This document shows, piece after piece, positions 25,333 to 40,692 of a DNA stretch of 64,000 bases (its first letter is position 1; the number at the start of each line of letters is the position of its first letter). Source of the DNA: Eledone cirrhosa (Eukaryota); contig OZ024740.1 of assembly GCA_964016885.1 (NCBI GenBank), positions 338,396,001 to 338,460,000 of the forward strand, written 5' to 3'. Position numbers and translations under genes: made by a program. Under the pieces are notes generated by a model that did not search any database, was not told the DNA's origin, and saw only the letters and a program-made list of their open reading frames with translations.

Positions 25333-25756
25333 TAAATATATATATATGTGTGTGTGTATATATATATGTGTATGTATATATATATATATATATGAGAAAA
25401 AAGAAAGAGAGCAGAAATATTATATTATTTATTTACGTTTATACACGGAACAAAGGCTCTACCCAATGTTTCCAGGCCCAAATTTGACCATACCTCCAGA
25501 ATACAAGAGCCTTCCAATCAGTGACCTATCTGTGTATAAGCACAGGAAGAAAGGTTACTTATTTGATGACTTTTGTATTGTGTATCTTTTTCCGTATGAG
25601 TATGTTTTAGCCTTAGTAGCGTGCGTGCTTGTGTGTGTATACATATTCATGTATAAATGAATGTGTGTGGGTTATCAGCGTATATGTGTTTAAGTGAGTA
25701 TGTGAATTATTAGTGTATATATGAGTGTGTGTTGAAGCTTATTTAGTTGGATTTTC

Positions 25757-25807
<51 letters not shown>

Positions 25808-25808
25808 C

Positions 25809-25927
<119 letters not shown>

Positions 25928-26117
25928 CAATTGTCCTGATCTGCTATCAAATTGAGAGACTATTTCTTATATACACATATATAGGCCATGTCTGAACACA
26001 AAATAACCAAACCCCACTGTCACTGCCTCTGACTCTCCCCCCTCCCCATCTCACACTATTGTGAGCAAATGTGGACCTACGTGCTGGCCGCCATGCGGCC
26101 CCGGCGGACAGAATAGA

Positions 26118-26206
<89 letters not shown>

Positions 26207-26209
<3 letters not shown>

Positions 26210-26304
26210 TCTGAGGATAAACAACAGAATGGATTTCTTTTGTCGATTAATTAATATGTTGATAAAATCGTAGTTTAATTTGCTCTTTGAAACGATCGTA
26301 AAAT
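26207..26304 (+). ncRNA. Hammerhead candidate directly after (TA)n
   Basis: gttt-CTGAGGA-...-GAAA-CGATCG-TA-aaat; stem II poorly paired. Confidence 0.45.
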
Positions 26305-26565
26305 AATGGATTAATTAAGCAGGCAACATTTTTTTTTCATCGTTTAACGTACACTAAAAGTCAATATAAAATAGTTCTACTTACCTCAGCCAATACTTTA
26401 CTTGATGTTCAAAGGAAATTGTAATATTCTCCAAGAATGTTTCCATTCAGACATCAGCTTAGAGGTATGTTTCTTTACGTATTGTATGTGTGTATGCATG
26501 CATATTCTTATATGTATATTTATATATATGATTGTAAGTGTGAAGAATAAACAGACAAAATTTAT

Positions 26566-26683
<118 letters not shown>

Positions 26684-26748
26684 ATTTTGTCAAACTAACA
26701 CTTTGTACTGCACTCTTCGCTTCGTTTTTGTTTTCTGTTTTAACTATA

Positions 26749-26802
<54 letters not shown>

Positions 26803-27179
26803 ATTTAAGACCAAATCACACCTATATATATATAATTACTTATATATTACGTATTTTATCGCTAACACTTATTACAACTATAATTCATCACCAGCACATG
26901 TTGACAGTTTTGCCGTGTGAGCTATCGAGCTATCCATATATCTGCATACATGACTCCCTTTCTTAAACACACACACTCACTCACCTGTATTTGTAGGTCT
27001 GGTCAGCAGAACATATATTGAGATGAAGGTAGAGGAAGTAATGTGTGACATTTGAAATTAAGGTCAATATTCTTGTAACAAGTTAATACCTGAAAGACAT
27101 ATTTAGGCCAACCAGATAAGCTACAACCACTGTCGTTCTTAACATGCACTTACATTGCTGGTTTGTTGTTGTTATGTAA

Positions 27180-27680
27180 GTACGTGGCTTAATGGTTAGA
27201 GTGTTTGGCTCATAATGTTTTGTCTATGCTCAAGATACTTTATTTCACATTGTCCCTGTCCATTCAGCTGGCAAAAATGAGTTGTACCTGCAATAGAAAG
27301 GGTGAAACATGTCATTCACTGTGTCACGCTTAACCCTTTACCATTTACATTACTCTATATTTACTATTGTATTTTTATGTTAAAGGCTTTACTTCACATA
27401 ATTATCTCACATAATATCGAATCTATGAGATTTTGATATTATTTATTTAGTGAACAACATCTTAACATCAGTATGAGCGGCCGGTTACAGCTGGTTTGAA
27501 AAGAAAGAGGTGAGAGAATTCTGGTCGGATATGGCCGGTTTAAATGCTAAAGGGTTAATCTCTCTAAAAACTGTATCTGTAGAATGTTTAGCTAAAACGT
27601 GTCTGTAGAATGTTTAGTTACTTTCACGTAATTTCGTGCATAGGCTGTTTTGTTATACGAATAACTCGAACACACGTCGT
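27180..27680 (+). mobile_element. CORE-like tRNA SINE interrupted by a piggyBac-type MITE
   Basis: tRNA-like head gtggcttaatggttagag, core caagatactttatttcacattg...cagctg. Confidence 0.5.
27334..27554. mobile_element. piggyBac-type MITE
   Basis: TTAA TSD both sides; TIR ccctttaccattta / taaatgctaaaggg (13/14). Confidence 0.8.
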
Positions 27681-27894
27681 TGGAACCGACGGAGGTCCAC
27701 TACAGTTACACAAATATTGTCATCGTTGTCGTTGTTGGTCTCATCTCCGCCGCCACCACTGTCATCATTGTTTGCATTGTTGTTGCTATAGCTAATCCAC
27801 TTCAAAAATGTGTTTATAAATTCATTGAGGTTGCCTTTCGTCTTCGCTGTTTTCTTACTATTTACTTTTAATAATTATTTCTAGGATGTCCTAG

Positions 27895-28770
27895 AGGCGA
27901 GAGTTAGTTGACAAAGTTGACTGCAGTACTTGACTGGTAGTTTATGTTACTGATCCCAGGAGGATGAGTGGCAGAATGTATCTAACTGGGATTTGAAATC
28001 ACAACAGAACAAATAACAAGGAGAATCTTCTCTAGCTCACAAACGATTCTGTCAACCCACCTCCCAATTAATAACAACAAACAACAACGACAACAATAAT
28101 AACAATGGTTTCTAATTTAGGCAAAATGCCAGCAATTTTGGATGAGGGAAAAGTCGATTAACGTACTTTATTTTATCGACCCCATAAGTATGAAAGGCAA
28201 ATCTAACCTTGGCGAGGTTTGAACTCAGAATGGGAAAGGCAGCAAATCTATGCCACGAAGCAGGATGTCCGACGTTCTACCGATTCTGCCAATCCACCTC
28301 CCAATTAATAACAACAACAACAACAACAAAAATAATAATGGTTTCTAATTAAGTCAATTTATTAGGTGGTAAGTTGATTAAACCAATTCCAGTACTTGAC
28401 TAGTACTTTATTTATCGACAGAGGAAGGATGAACGGCTGAGTTGACCCATGTAGGATTTGAATTCAGAACTTAAAGAGGCAGAACAAATGCTAAAAAGCA
28501 GTTTTACCGATGCTCTAATGATTCTGCCAATCTATTGAGTAATATTTTCTAATAATAACACATCATACGTTTTAAGGTAAAGCGCTGTCCTCATTATGAA
28601 TATTTGTTGACGACACATGCTTGTGGCAAGGGTAGAATCGTTTTTAAATGGATCAGAGTAGTTGATTAGTACTTTTATATTATTGAAAAGTAAAGAGGGA
28701 TCTGAACTCATGGCGGAAAAGAGATTTACCTAAATCCTGCTAGATACTGTGTTTGACTCTCGGCTGATTC
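27895..28770 (-). mobile_element. Cluster of 3-4 same-strand tRNA SINE copies separated by (AAC/AAT)n
   Basis: Repeated gtactttattttatcgac...ggatgaaaggc...tttgaactcagaa...gattctgccaatc at ~27895-28070, 28104-28305, 28337-28532, 28660-28770. Confidence 0.7.
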
Positions 28771-29049
28771 TATCACAAAATACGCAGAGAGGAACCTTGA
28801 GAGCATCGCTGTATATGTAAAGCAGAGTATAGAACATAACTGAAATGTCCAGTCAAATTTGTATGACGTCCATTTATTTGGCAACGTAATTAATTAAATG
28901 ATAAATATTTATTCAGGACACAACCGGTAGTAGATGTCAGATACATTTAATGTAGATATAATAAACGTGTAATTATATTTAATATAATATGCATGATTAA
29001 TTAGTTATATCTTCATTAAATTCTGTAGGCAGAATCATAAAGTTAGATA

Positions 29050-29090
29050 GCTTCTGAAGAAGAGAAAATAATCTCTGAAACGCATAACGA
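29050..29090 (+). ncRNA. Decayed minimal hammerhead
   Basis: CTGAAGA-agaga aaataa tctct-GAAACGCATA; stem I weak. Confidence 0.4.
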
Positions 29091-29176
29091 TAGTCTCTGA
29101 CGTTTTTCTGGGTTCAAATGAGATAAATTGTGTTTGCATTTTCTTATTTTCCCGCCAAGGCTTCTGATTAAAATAA

Positions 29177-29236
<60 letters not shown>

Positions 29237-29540
29237 GGAAATTCAGGCGCCTAAAATAACTGTAAATACAGTCGGTTGCTATAAAAAATAAGCTTAGGAA
29301 ATCGAGTAAAATAGATACACCTCAAGACGAGAAATAGTGGCCAGCGGTCGATACAAAGAATAGAACCTCACATCTTTCAGATACCAGCAGATTGTTCTAA
29401 ACACTGAGCTAACAGGCCACTGACAACAATGACTTTCTAAATAGGAAAACTAAATCAAACAGATGTTTTAATGTAAATAAACAACATTGAATGCAAAGTT
29501 CGAACTGTATTTACAGCTATTTTTTGCATCTGAGTTTCCT
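29237..29540 (-). mobile_element. Inverted-repeat element enclosing a tRNA-like segment (29350-29418)
   Basis: IR ~29237-29274 / 29501-29539; minus strand ggcctgttagctcagtgtttagaac...ggttctattc. Confidence 0.5.
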
Positions 29541-29899
29541 ACATTTTCTATGAATATAGCTACACACAGACATGTAAACTATCTACTAAAACCTATAAAC
29601 TCCAAAAAACTCCAAAAAATACCATGATTCCCCACACAAGAAGCTATGCATATTCAGTGATTGCAACTTAAATAAACTACTTGGGACAAGGCGCTGAATT
29701 CGTACAGTTAACACCCGCCAATCCAAAGCACCCATCCTCCTTCAACAACAACAATGACAACGACGACGCCACCGCCACCACCGCCACCACCAAGAAATAA
29801 ACAGATATTAATTCGTAAATGACACCAAGCAGCCGAGAATATAAATACTAAGTTCTTTTCCCACTTTGATCAATAAAAATCATCTACTCATAACTAGAT

Positions 29900-30190
29900 T
29901 GATCCTCTAATGAACCAAAAAACAATGATATGCTAACAAGTCCTCACTAATATATGAACTCCCGAGTCAATATTATAACAATGTATTCTCACAACATATA
30001 GCTATTCTTACAAACGATTTCTTCGATACTGAAAACCCTATTGCAGATACACGCCTAGAAATTAAGGATGTTGTGGAAAATGATAAACTTGCAGCTATTA
30101 CTGATCTGGATTCAAACTCTGCACCCAGTTGTCCAGCCATACTGTTAGAAATATGCAAAAATAGCATTGCCAAATCATTAAAGATGCTGT
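29900..30190 (+). pseudogene. Decayed CR1/L2-group LINE ORF2 fragment
   Basis: AAITDLDSNSAPSCPAILLEICKNSIAKSLKML matches the pre-RT 'APGPD' region with a deletion. Confidence 0.55.
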
Positions 30191-30198
30191 ATATATAT

Positions 30199-30657
<459 letters not shown>

Positions 30658-30686
30658 CACACACACACACACAGACACAGACACAG

Positions 30687-30773
<87 letters not shown>

Positions 30774-30784
30774 CATATGAGTCC

Positions 30785-30979
30785 GGATCTAGCTGCCGAA
30801 ACTTTGCCTTTCATTCTTTTGAGGTCGATAAAAATGTAGCGGTCTAGTACTGGAGTCGATTCTTCCTCTATAGAAAAAATCGGCTGTATTCAGACCTGGA
30901 GAGGGTTGGGCTCCGCCAGGTTTAAATATGCCCTAGACACGCCGTATGACGGTGCCTCTACGACTCCAAAAGTAGTTGT

Positions 30980-30985
<6 letters not shown>
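30785..30985 (+). mobile_element. tRNA SINE with extended tail, 5' truncated
   Basis: Family core plus tail shared with 11293-11392. Confidence 0.7.
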
Positions 30986-31020
<35 letters not shown>

Positions 31021-31046
31021 GTAGTAACAACAGTTAGTTAACCATA

Positions 31047-31087
31047 CCGAGAACATTTGTTTCACCTTATGCGGATCTTCAGCTCGG
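31047..31087 (-). ncRNA. Minimal type I hammerhead in a ~112-bp (TA)n-flanked insert (31018-31129)
   Basis: ccgag-CTGAAGA-tccgcataaggt-GAAA-CAAATG-TT-ctcgg; perfect 5-bp stem I. Confidence 0.7.
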
Positions 31088-31152
31088 ACTGGTCACTCGC
31101 TGCTTTCTAAACATACTCCCTTATATTCATATATATATATATATATCATATA

Positions 31153-32070
31153 CTAGCAGTAAAACCCGGCGTTGCTCGGGGTCGCTCAGTAGCTGTGTTA
31201 AAGTTACAATGTTAAGTTTCTTTTTTGGCTTAAAAACTGTAGTGTCTACTGTGCAGACTTGCATGTGGTGTTTTTGATTAATATTCCCTCAACCAACAAT
31301 ATGCCTTATGAAGTTAAGAAAACATAACGATAACCCGAATGTTATAACAAAAGAGGATGCTGGGGATAAAAACTGCACTGGTTATTTATTAACAAAGATC
31401 GAAAATGTAAACACTGCAACGCAGAGAAAAACATTAGCGTAACCAAATTATCAGTTATGTCTGTCTGCACGCCTATATCACCTCTCTGCACGACTATCTG
31501 TCTGCACGCCTATATCACCTCTCTGCACGACTGTCTGTCTGCACGCCTATATCACCTCTCTGCACGACTGTCTGTCTGCACGCCTATATCACCTCTCTGC
31601 ACGACTGTCTGTCTGCACGCCTATATCACCTCTCTGCACGACTGTCTGTCTGCACGCCTAACGAAATTTACAGATACATATATTTTAAATAAACTTATAT
31701 AATTTTTGCTTTTTTTTACGAAATATTTGCTTGTTTTACGTAGTCTTTAAATAGACTTGTTTTCAAGTAAAAATATTGTTTTAAAAAGCTAACGCTGAGA
31801 AAGCCAGCGTAATTTTTTTAAATTTTGCACGCAGACGCTCAATGTAAACAGAACAAAGGGAAATAACTGATCACTTACGCTCAAAAATCGATACATTATA
31901 TTCGATTTCGTCAGATAGGGCGGGTCAATTTGAAATTTTTTTTTTCCGATGTCTTCGCTAGGGCTCAATGTACAAATATAGCAATTTCGGTGCAATTCCG
32001 TGAGAGATTCTAAGAGATGTGTGCCAAAAATCGATAGACAGACAGACAACCACAGTTTTATATATATAGA
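31153..32070 (-). mobile_element. Non-autonomous Helitron
   Basis: Minus strand A|TCTATATATATAAAA...; 3' hairpin cccgagcaacgccggg just before CTAG|T; no TSD. Confidence 0.8.
31458..31660. repeat. 37-bp tandem minisatellite, ~5.5 copies, inside the Helitron
   Basis: tgtctgtctgcacgcctatatcacctctctgcacgac repeated almost perfectly. Confidence 0.95.
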
Positions 32071-32169
32071 TAATATATATGGATATATGATATATAATAT
32101 ATGATATATATAATATATAATATATATATATATAATATATATATATATAAAGATAGATAGATAGATAAC

Positions 32170-35100
32170 TTTCTTTTTTATTTGCCACCAGGGCATCAAA
32201 AAGTGGGACAAGTACAATGGGGGAGTTTACATAAAAAGGCGTCCTCAATAAGGAGGAGGCAATAACAAAGTATAAAAAATAATATATAAAATATAACAAA
32301 AATAAATCCTCAATAGGGAGGAGGCGCCTTGGTGGGTCGCACACACCCCCGAAAAAAGTGTGCAACCCTTCTCCTCAGGAGCACAGAGAGGGGGTGCTCC
32401 CGTGATCTTTCATCTTCCTCACCTATAGTCTGATGTAGAGTGAAGGCCCATTCGCACGGGCCATTCTCGCCACTTTCATCCATCTTTCATAAAAACGGCT
32501 GGGGTGCAGCACCTCTCTCTCCATCCTGATCCTTCTTCCGAAATGATATCGGAAGAAACGGACCAGTTGTTGGCCAGAGAGAAAGGTGTCTGACCTCAGT
32601 CCTTTCAGACGCGTCCACCATACAACCTCTTTCGCCATGGCTATTACGCACAGAAACACAGCCTCTTCTTCGTTTTTGAAGAGGGGAGACGGCTTGATCG
32701 TTACAATAGACTCGGTGGTCAACCGGATCGGTCCCACCCTTGACAGCAGTTGTTCGACATAGCCTCACAGATCGGCAATGCACGAGCAGTGTACCAATGC
32801 GTGTACAACGGTCTCCTGGTCACACACGCATCTGGGACAGATCTTTTTCGAGGGGTCCCTACCCGGGCGCCCGTGTCTGTAGAGCCTTTCTCGAACGGGC
32901 AGAGCCCCTCGGTAGCACTGCCAGGCCGGGGACCTCTGGAAGTTATCCATGGGTCCCGGGCTGAATGTCCTACCGAACAGGTTAGCCAGTTCGTCTTCCT
33001 CCATGCCTAGGGCTTCTCCGAGAGCATCATCGCACCTGCTAACCACCAGCGCTCTATAGAATGACGAGGTGGATTCTCCACTGACAGCCGGGTCCGCCTG
33101 CCAGAGAGCCGTGAGCGCCTGGGCACACTCGGTGTGCCAGGCGCCCAGTTTTCTCGGTCTTTGCTTGACCCAGGATTGCAGCTCGGTAAGCGAGACGAGT
33201 CTGGGAAAGGCTCGCCTCGAAAACGGGGCCCACACCGGTTGACCGGTGAGGAATACCTGGAGGTGCCGTAGCCTTAATGCCTGTTTACGCATCATCAGCC
33301 ACGGCATCCCCAGCCCTCCTTTCGAAGGGTGTTGACAGCAGATGGATCTCCTCACCATAGGAGCCTGCTTCTTCCAAAGGATTTGGAAGAGTGCGCGCTC
33401 CATTTTGGCGAGCGTTTCCCTTGGGCAAGGAACGACGGTCATGCGGTAGTAGATGACGGACGCTATATAAGTGTTCGCCACCTCCGCCCGACCTTTCAGG
33501 GACAGTTTGCACTCGGCCCACTTCTGGGTCAGTGCAAACACCCTGTTCGTTACCTCACCCCAGTTCTTCTCCACCTGGAGGTCTGGTCCGAACCAGACCC
33601 CGAGCAACTTCACCGGGCCCTCTGTCCAGCGCCCGACGACGCCATCGGAGGGCATCGATTTGCCCCTCCACGTGCCGAGTTGCAGACCGATCGACTTGTC
33701 CCGGTTCAGCTTAGCCTTTGTAAACCTTTCGTACTCCGCCAGTAAGATGCCGATCGCCCCGATTTCCGAGGCCGTCGAACCATTACTGTTACGTCATCGG
33801 CGTAGGCCGACACCGCTTTCCGCAATCCCGGTTCCAACGGGATGCCCTGAAACAACTCCAACTTCCGCAGCAGTGGCTCTAGAGTCACTACATACAGAAG
33901 GGAGGAGAGAGGGCACCCTTGTCGGATGGACCGCGCGATTTCGAACGGCTCGGAGAGGTAGCCGTTCACCTTGACCCTAGAGCAGATGCGGCTGCTGTGC
34001 ATGGCATTGATCCAGCCCCTGAAAACGGGTCCGAAGCCTGCCGCCGCTAGCACCGCATCCAGGTAACCATGGTCGACCCTATCGAACGCCTTAGATTGAT
34101 CCAAGTTGATCAGGGCCCAAACAAAGCCGGGTTCGTTCCCAACCCTCTATATGATGTATCACATGAGGTGGAGGTTGTCGTGGATGGACCTGGACGGGAT
34201 AGCACATGTCTGCGCATCTCCCACCAGGTTGCCCACGACAAGCGCCAACCTCTTTGCTAGCAACTTGGCCAAAATCTGTAACTCTGTATTTAGCAGAGTT
34301 ATGGGCCTGAAATTATTTATATCGTCCCCCTTGTTCTCGTCCTTCCTCACTAGCGAAACTACGCCCTTGGTCACAGCACAGGGAATTCTCCTGTTCTGTT
34401 GCCAGTTGCAGTAGACCGCCTCGAGGAGATCGGGAAATAAGTCCGGCATAGCTAGATACAGTTCGTATGGAAGACCATCGAGACCCGGGGATTTGCGTTT
34501 GCCGCATTGGCTCAGCACGTCCTCTATCTCAGCGGCTGAAATTGGCTACTCGCAGGACTTCGCCTCCCTGTCCGAGAGACGCGGCAGGCCGTCGAGGTAT
34601 GGACCGAAGTCCACTTCCCCAACCGGCTCCCCGCCCCTTCCGAACAATCTGGCAAAGTGCTTTTGAAAAGCCTCGCACATCTGCTTAGGTTCAAGGATCA
34701 CCCGTCCATCCTTGTTTAGCAAAGACCGGATAGTGGATCTACTACCTCTTTTGGCTTCTGTCACGCGGGCCCAGCTAACAGCTTTGGTCCCCTCGTTTAC
34801 CAGAGCACGTATTTTGCTTCGGACGATGCAGCCTTCGTGTTTCGCGTCGAAGAACTGGCCCAGGGCCGTTCTCGACGCTAGCACTCTGGCCACGTCGCCG
34901 CTTCTAATTGCCTCTTCTACTCTATCTACCAACTCCCTTTCCTTCCTATTTCTATTTGAGGCTAACTCCTTACTAAATTCTATAGAGACTACTCTAATCT
35001 CTCTTTTGAGAGATCCCCACCACATGCTGTTGACGATGGCGCCTGTCAACCGCTCCTTAACTAAAGTGCTAATCCGGTCCCTGTAAGCCTTACTTGCCGG

Positions 35101-35873
35101 TAAGGACAAGTTGAGTTTCCAGTAACCGGGTCCCTGTCTATGCGTTCTGTCAAGGTTGACCATGCAGGTCACTAACTTGTGGTCTGAATAGCCAACCATG
35201 CGCATTTTTGGACAACTTAAAAAGTCCTTATCCTTATTTCTAACTAAGAACCTATCTAGGTACGACCTAGATGATCCGCTGCGGTTTGCCCAAGTCCAGG
35301 TTGGCGCAGTCGGAAAATATAGTCGATATCCATCGGCCAGGTCAAATCGACCGATTAACCCTTTGAGGCTGTTACACCCCTTTCTATCGGGACAGGCCCC
35401 TACGTAGTCCTAACGTGCATCTAGGATACCATTCCAGTCCCCCACTAATAGCAAGTCTCCAGACGATGGAAGAAGTCCGGCCGCATTGACCCGAAAGGGC
35501 CGTAGACGGCTACCAGCCTAAACGCGCCGCCTTCACCACTGCCAAGGTCCAGAACCACTAGTCGACCCTCCGGGTCCAAATGTACCGTCTGTGTTGCGAG
35601 ACCCAGATGTTTTTGCAGCAGAACGACAACCCCACCCCCACCTCCGGGCTGACAGAGAGATACATCAAAGGTGGGGGCCAGCTGTCGCTCGTTGCTTATC
35701 CGGGCCTCGCAAATAACCATCACATCTATACGTTGTGACCTGAAGTCATTTAGAAGCATTGCTTGCTTCCAAGTTGAGCCCAGGCCACGCGTATTTAGAC
35801 AGCCTACTCTTAGCATAGCCATGTTGGTGGTGAAGAGAAAAGGCACTTACCTCTCTGCGTCCCGGGTATCGGG
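32170..35873 (-). mobile_element. Tx1/L1-clade LINE, 5'-truncated (ORF2: APE, RT, C-terminal zinc finger), frameshifted
   Basis: GCLNTRGL, SDH, SPGLDGLP, FRPITLLN, DQSKAFDRVDH, RQGCPLS, AYADDV, CPRC..ETVVHALVHC; A-rich 3' end; (GATA)n at both ends. Confidence 0.92.
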
Positions 35874-35949
35874 AGATAGATAGATATAGTGTGTGTGTGC
35901 GTGCGTGCGCGCGCGTATAATGGTTGCGTGAATTTACACGCAAAAGCTG

Positions 35950-38500
35950 TAAATTTATATAATAACTTTGCATTCAGTAAAGAGGCAATTAGAGGAGAGC
36001 TCAGGGAATTGAACAATTTGAGAATGTTTTCCATCTGGAAGAAATTATCAAGAAATGCAAGGAAACCAAATAAAGATGAACAATGATGGAAAACCCTGAT
36101 ATTTCTTGCGCTTTCTGTACAGCTTATAACCCAACGTAATACAAATTACACCAACAGACTCTGCTCTGAAAAGACAAATAGCCGAATAGAAGATTAAGAA
36201 TGTTACCGAAATCTCTTTCAATGCAAAGAAAGATATCATTAACAACAACCAGCTCTGTGGAACGGAACTTCTATCTCTTAAATTATCATTCTTAAAAACA
36301 AGAGTCTTAGAATATAGCAAGTCAAGTCACTGATAATATCACGAATACTACATCTCTAAAATATACACAAGACCCAACAAACCAAACGAACTCTATAAAC
36401 AGAATTATGTAAAAAATATATCTAAATACATAGAAATGATAAGAACATACCACAAATAGTTTATAAGACCTAATAGGGAGAATAAAATAAAAATTGAAGA
36501 AGCAAAATGTAATAAGATTGACGAAAGAACACATATACTTAAAATAGCAGTTATATGTGAGAAGAAAGAAACGTTTTAAATATAAAAAAGAGCAATAAAA
36601 CAAATTTTCCAGAAGTCAAACAGTGATATAGATATAACTTATGTAAACCACTTAGACAAGGTGCTAGGACAGAACAGAAAAGTATTTGTTAAGGAAATAT
36701 ATAACTAATCTCAGTGGAAAATAAACATACAGAAAAAGATTAACGAAAATAGAAAGAATTAATCAATATTAACAGAAATATAAAATCATTTGCGACAAAT
36801 AAAAGACCAGAAAGAAAAAGAAAATTTAAAAGAAAGAGCAGAAATAGCGGCATTGGAGAATATCTAAGACAAGTAATTGTCACAATATCACAACACATCA
36901 AATGATTTGAAAACAAACACAAACACTTTATGAAAATTTTAAATGTTTAGGGAAATTGTAAAGACAATCTATAGAAAGCTAAAGTAGGATAATACAGAAT
37001 AAAACTGAAGGAAGACATTGAAAATGTCTGCACTGAAATGAAAGAGATGAGGTAGTACAAGAGAGCAATCCAATGGATCATAGTCCAATAAACAATGCAA
37101 GAATTCTCTCGAAATTAATGGACGTCGGTAACTGATGAAACAGAAACATGATTAACTGGGGAAAATACTGGGAAAATCGCATGAGTCCAAATCTTCTTAC
37201 CAAATCTTTGTGAAACATATGGACATATCCATTTGAGTTAGAATAACATCAAAGGTGTTGGTCGTAATAATGAGGAGGGAAACATTTGATTTCCAGTGAA
37301 ATGGATACCAGTTCTAGAGCAGAAGACAAATGATGCACAATGTGGGTTTGTTGGGGTAAAACCAACTTCTGATAAATACAACAGTTTAAGAAGACTGCAA
37401 AAAAGAGAAATAAGTCTACAAGGATATATAATAAGAAATTATGTTACAGTAAACACTACACAAATGAAAATCTTAGATATGTACAACAACGGATTATAAC
37501 AGATTTTACCAAGTACTGTATGGGAAAAGAAAAACTGGAATTATTCTTAACCTCAGAAATTTATAATGGTATTTTTGAAAGTGACTCACTATCCCCTTCA
37601 TTTTTCTATATTACACAAGTTACTGAATTACTCTGGCAGATAGAACAATACTATGACGATAACCAGGCAAAATAGATAATACGTAACATCTGAAATTGCA
37701 ATGGAATAAATGAGGCATTAAAGGAACTTTAAAACGAACAAGTAAAAAAACCCTTGAGAATGTTGGAGACACCGAAGTTAACAAAAAGCTATACAATATC
37801 AAATTAAGAAAGAACATATAAAAGGAGTAAATTAAGTGTTGAGAAATTAACTAAATGGAAAGAAATGCAATAAATTATATAACAATGTATGAATTGCTTT
37901 ATCTTTAGCATTATAAATTATAGCATATGTAAGATCCTGTATCTATTTCTACATGACTGTTCGCTACGTACTGAATATACCACAGAAAAGTGAGCAGGTC
38001 TTGTAAAAAAAGAGAATTATAAACAAAAATATTATAACGGGTCTAATCTAATTACGAAGAACTAACAACTGATTTAGAAGTTCTTACCGCAAACAAAACA
38101 ATAATTAAGGCATATGGTATATAATCATGACAAACCAAGTGGTTGTGTTCCTTCTACAAAGAGACACGAAAACTCAGAACTGACGTAAAACCGGAAAAAA
38201 CTACTACAGAAGAAGATCGTAAAGGAGACATGAATGCGTAGATGAGCAAAAGAAAACAAAAAACTGGCAAGTATTCAACGTGGATTAATGAATATGACTG
38301 TGATACTATTAGTAATTGACCAAATATTAATAATAGTAGCCAAGGATAAATGTTTCAACGCCCACCTTTAACTAAAGAAGCCTCCTAAAGAAAAATATAA
38401 ACAAAACAGAAATGAATTTGAAAAGTGCAAAAAGTATTTGACCAACTAGCTACAGGATGCTCAGTAGTAGCCAAAAAACGAATATATGTATAGAAATAAT
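35950..38500 (+). mobile_element. Highly decayed A-rich LINE, probably R4/Dong-like
   Basis: Long purine/A-skewed tract with remnants seemingly colinear with the Dong-like ORFs; no continuous frame. Confidence 0.35.
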
Positions 38501-38720
38501 TGGATAATTGCATATTTTTACTGGCAAATAACCACGTATTATAAAATGGATACCACAAAAAATAGTATGAAAATAATCCTTAAAATGTGAATAGGTTTTG
38601 AATGTTGTTGAGAATGTGATTGTTTAGCCCAGGTCAATCATGATTGATCGAGTAGACCTATGATCAAACTGTCTGTTTTTTCTATTCGTTTTGTTTTGGA
38701 CATAGCTCCTAGTACTAAGT

Positions 38721-39030
38721 AGGTGAATTGGAAAAGTCGTTAGAACATCGGATATAATGCTTTGCGGTATTCGTTCTGGCTCCCTGCTCTTTAAGTTCAA
38801 ATCCCGCCGAGGTCAGCTTTGCTTTTCATCCATTCGAGATCGATAAAAAAGTACCAGTCTAGTACTCTCTCTATATCTATTTCTCACTTCCATTTTCACA
38901 CTTTCTCTATACTTCTCTGGAAGAAATCTGCTGTATTCAGACGTGGAGAACATTGGCTCGACCCGATTTTAAGAATGCCCTAGAAACGATGTATAGCGCC
39001 CCTACGACTCCTTTAGGAGTTACTGGACCA
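38721..39030 (+). mobile_element. tRNA SINE with extended tail
   Basis: aagttcaaatcccgccgaggtc core plus tail ctgtattcagacgtggagaa...cctacgactcc. Confidence 0.75.
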
Positions 39031-39545
39031 TGCATGCATGCATATAGGATTAATGGTTTCCTTAAAAAAACAAAAACATTAGGGTGTAATATCAGACAAA
39101 GAGTGGCTGCTATTCCTAGGTAGGTTGAACGAATGCATAGAGGCTCAGATTTTGTTTGATGGTTTAATAATCCTGACAAACATTTCAGTATAGACAGACA
39201 GGAAGAAATTGATCACTCAGTGTGATATGGTCCTTAAATATCACAAAACCTAAGCGTCCTCCATGACTGTTATGTTACACCATATCATATCAATTAAGGA
39301 TATATAAAAAAAAAAATTTTGAATACTAAATATTAGAGATAAAATAACTAGTGAAACTATCTGAGTGAGTGTGGAATAATTTGCAGTTTCCTTCAATAAA
39401 AATTATATGACAGGTAAGAACGGTAAGAATATAATTTATATCTCCAACTTATTGAACTATCCTATAGTTAACATTTTGGGTTTGGTAAATTTGCATAAAG
39501 CAAAATATCCTCTCAAATTTCCCTCTTACTACACACTTCTTAGAT

Positions 39546-40692
<1,147 letters not shown>

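Noticed and set aside
31458-31660. 37-bp repeat as a CRISPR array
   Set aside because: Head-to-tail with no unique spacers
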